Origin: Tubiluchus corallicola | Lineage: Eukaryota > Animalia > Priapulida | Assembly (NCBI GenBank): GCA_030141605.1 | Contig: JAQGDQ010000856.1 | Span: forward strand, 63,287-87,202 | Reading direction: 5' to 3' | Length of the DNA: 23,916 nt | Shown: positions 21,797 through 23,916 of the stretch, one piece after another | Layout of the letters: every line of letters starts with the position of its first letter | Position numbering within the stretch: position 1 is the stretch's first letter | Made by a program: the position numbers and the translations under genes | The notes under the pieces: generated by a model | Told to the model about the DNA's origin: nothing | The model's database searches: none | What the model saw: the letters and a program-made list of their open reading frames with translations, nothing else

Positions 21797-22685
21797 AAAT
21801 AAGGCATATTATTGCATACCTGTATATAATACACCTTTATAAATGCACATTCTGTGCTGATTGCTTATGTAAATGTGATATAGCTTTTTCTACATACACA
21901 GTACAGAGCACGTTTATTACGCATTGGGAAACAATTAAAAAACTCGAAAGATCTGAATTGCTACTCAATGATTGCATTGGTTTGTACTGATGTTACATTA
22001 GCCTGTTAGACATACTGCCTTAAGGAACGAATACAGTATCTGAACTACTTGTAAGAGATAAACCAGATCAGAAAACCTGTATGCTTATCTGTGAAGTACA
22101 GCAACACTAGACCAGTATTAGAAGTTAGATGGAGGCAGCTTCTGGCTAATTCCACAAGCCATATCTGCCTCTGGTTAATTACCTTTTTGGGGGACTTGGC
22201 TGAGACACTTCTGCTGGTCGGGTAATTCGTCTTAAATCAACAATTCTTGATGAGTATGCTATATTCCGGTACAGCCACAACCATCTGGTTTAAGTCAAAT
22301 ACTTAATCGTGGCTTGCAGCTGTACTCAAAACATTAAAAAATGTAAAAAAAACCAGAAAGAAGAAATAAAGCGTTGGTAACGTTAATGAAATTCTCTAGA
22401 CCATCCAGTCAAATTGTGGCCGAGTTCAAGAATTCATTTTCACAAAATATAGCAACGAGTCTTAAGTCATTAATGATATGACACCCACCCCTGAACGGGA
22501 TCTATCCATACCCAGCACCGCCCTCGGCCGTTCTTCAGATTTCAGGCGTATAACTTTTGCAAAAAACGGCCGAAAAATGGCCATTTTTGAAGGTTTTTCG
22601 CCCCCCCGTTCCTCCCAGTGGGCCCTATTCGAAAAATAAACGTCCAATGGCACGACACTAGATCGAGACCTTTCGTTTGATGTAT

Positions 22686-23365
22686 TGGTGGACGATCCAT
22701 TTATGTTTGTTTGGAATTTATGTAAAACTAACAATACCAAAGGATACAAGTACCTCCAAAAAATCCTTTCTACTGATATCAAAGACGATGTTCCGGCAAA
22801 AATTCGTAACAAAACGGGAACAAAATTTTTGACATTTATAGAACTCAACCCATGTTTAGAACCTCATAAAGTCTATAATGATATGGAATCTGAAATCCCG
22901 GACTACCAAAGAGTTGAATTTACCAGACTTGGGACGTCATCGCATAATCGCACGATAGAAACCGGACGTTGGTCCAGAATACCGAGAGAAGACAGATTAT
23001 GTACATGTGGGGAAGAAGTTCAAACAGAAGCCCACGTCTTATTGAGATGTCCGGTGACAGAAGATTTACGAATTGAACATTCTGAGTTGAACTTTTCTAG
23101 CATTTGTGACCTTATGCACTCCCCAAATTTAACGTCGTTAATGAAATATTGTTGGAGATGTGTTAAGACGTATGAGTGAAGAACTATTGTACCCCTACAT
23201 TAAAACGCAATATTTTTGTTGATTCGGTAAAGAAATTTGCCCTCTGTATATGATTTTTTGTTTTGTAGTTAAATTTTAATTTCGTTAATTACATAGTTAT
23301 CGTTGCCTACTTATGTTATGTGAAATCATTACGGTGAATAAACTAAACTAAACTAAACTAAACTA
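22686..23365 (+). mobile_element. 5'-truncated LINE (RTEX-like or related clade): ORF2 C-terminus, 3' UTR and tail
   Basis: ORF to TGA at 23179 contains SSHNRTIETGRW...RLCTC...TEAHVLLRCP, the CCHC-type C-terminal motif of non-LTR ORF2 proteins. T-rich 3' UTR, AATAAA and (ACTAA)5 tail. Confidence 0.85.
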
Positions 23366-23468
23366 TAGATCGCCGCAAATGGCGCCGTCGTCGGAGCTAT
23401 AAGCCTCGAATCTTATAGATCCCAATTAATTCAGACAGAAACACCTGAATCGTTACTACGCAGTTAAA

Positions 23469-23606
23469 GTCACGTTTTCGCAATAATCCACCTAAATAAA
23501 AATACAGTGTAAAAAATACAAAAATCAACATGGCCCCAAGCAAACAAGACAAATACAATATTTATTTTTGTATTTTCATTTAGTTGGATTATTGCGTGAA
23601 CATGAC
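23469..23606. mobile_element. Small foldback/MITE-like element
   Basis: ~38-bp imperfect TIRs GTCACGTTTTCGCAATAATCCACCTAAATAAAAATACA / TGTATTTTCATTTAGTTGGATTATTGCGTGAACATGAC, flanked by AAA on both sides. Confidence 0.7.
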
Positions 23607-23706
23607 AAAGCAAAACCGGATCAAATTTTTCACTGTATGTCAAAACAATCTACTCTTTAAGATATTGAAAGGAATACTATTTTTTCAAAAATGAATGTGA
23701 AAGAAT

Positions 23707-23745
23707 TATATATATATATACACATTATATATATATATATATATA
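23707..23745. repeat. (TA)n microsatellite, interrupted
   Basis: Two TA runs separated by CACAT. Confidence 0.9.
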
Positions 23746-23916
23746 CCAGCAGAATTAATATATACGATCCCTGTGCTACTAGCTAATACATTCTTGCACT
23801 GAGGAAATTACAAAGCGCACATTTATCATGTAATTGTCTACGTGTCTAACGTATGACGACACATATTGAATGGTGACGCACAATCGTTGCCATGGAAACG
23901 ATTCATCTCGTTCCAA

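Overview
AT-rich, repeat-dense animal (probably invertebrate) genomic DNA; there is no prokaryotic gene organisation or CRISPR array. It holds (i) three in-phase + strand exons (<1-17, 3014-3181, 4430-~4629) of a pentraxin/LamG-like domain gene that the ORF track largely misses, and (ii) an intronless 589-aa type I transmembrane LRR protein ORF (15791-17560). Mobile DNA includes two piggyBac-type MITEs, hAT-type MITEs, a 3' LINE fragment and LTR-like relics. Four large minisatellite arrays have 31, 49/56, 29/30 and 82 bp units. Two structured-RNA retroelements stand out. The first is a ~490 bp internally deleted RTE derivative with a 16-bp TSD whose 5' end lies at the expected cleavage site of a twister-like ribozyme. 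The second is a ~545 bp 5S rRNA-headed SINE with a TSD, a candidate pseudoknot and a 3' stem-loop. All calls come from reading the sequence by eye; no database searches were run.
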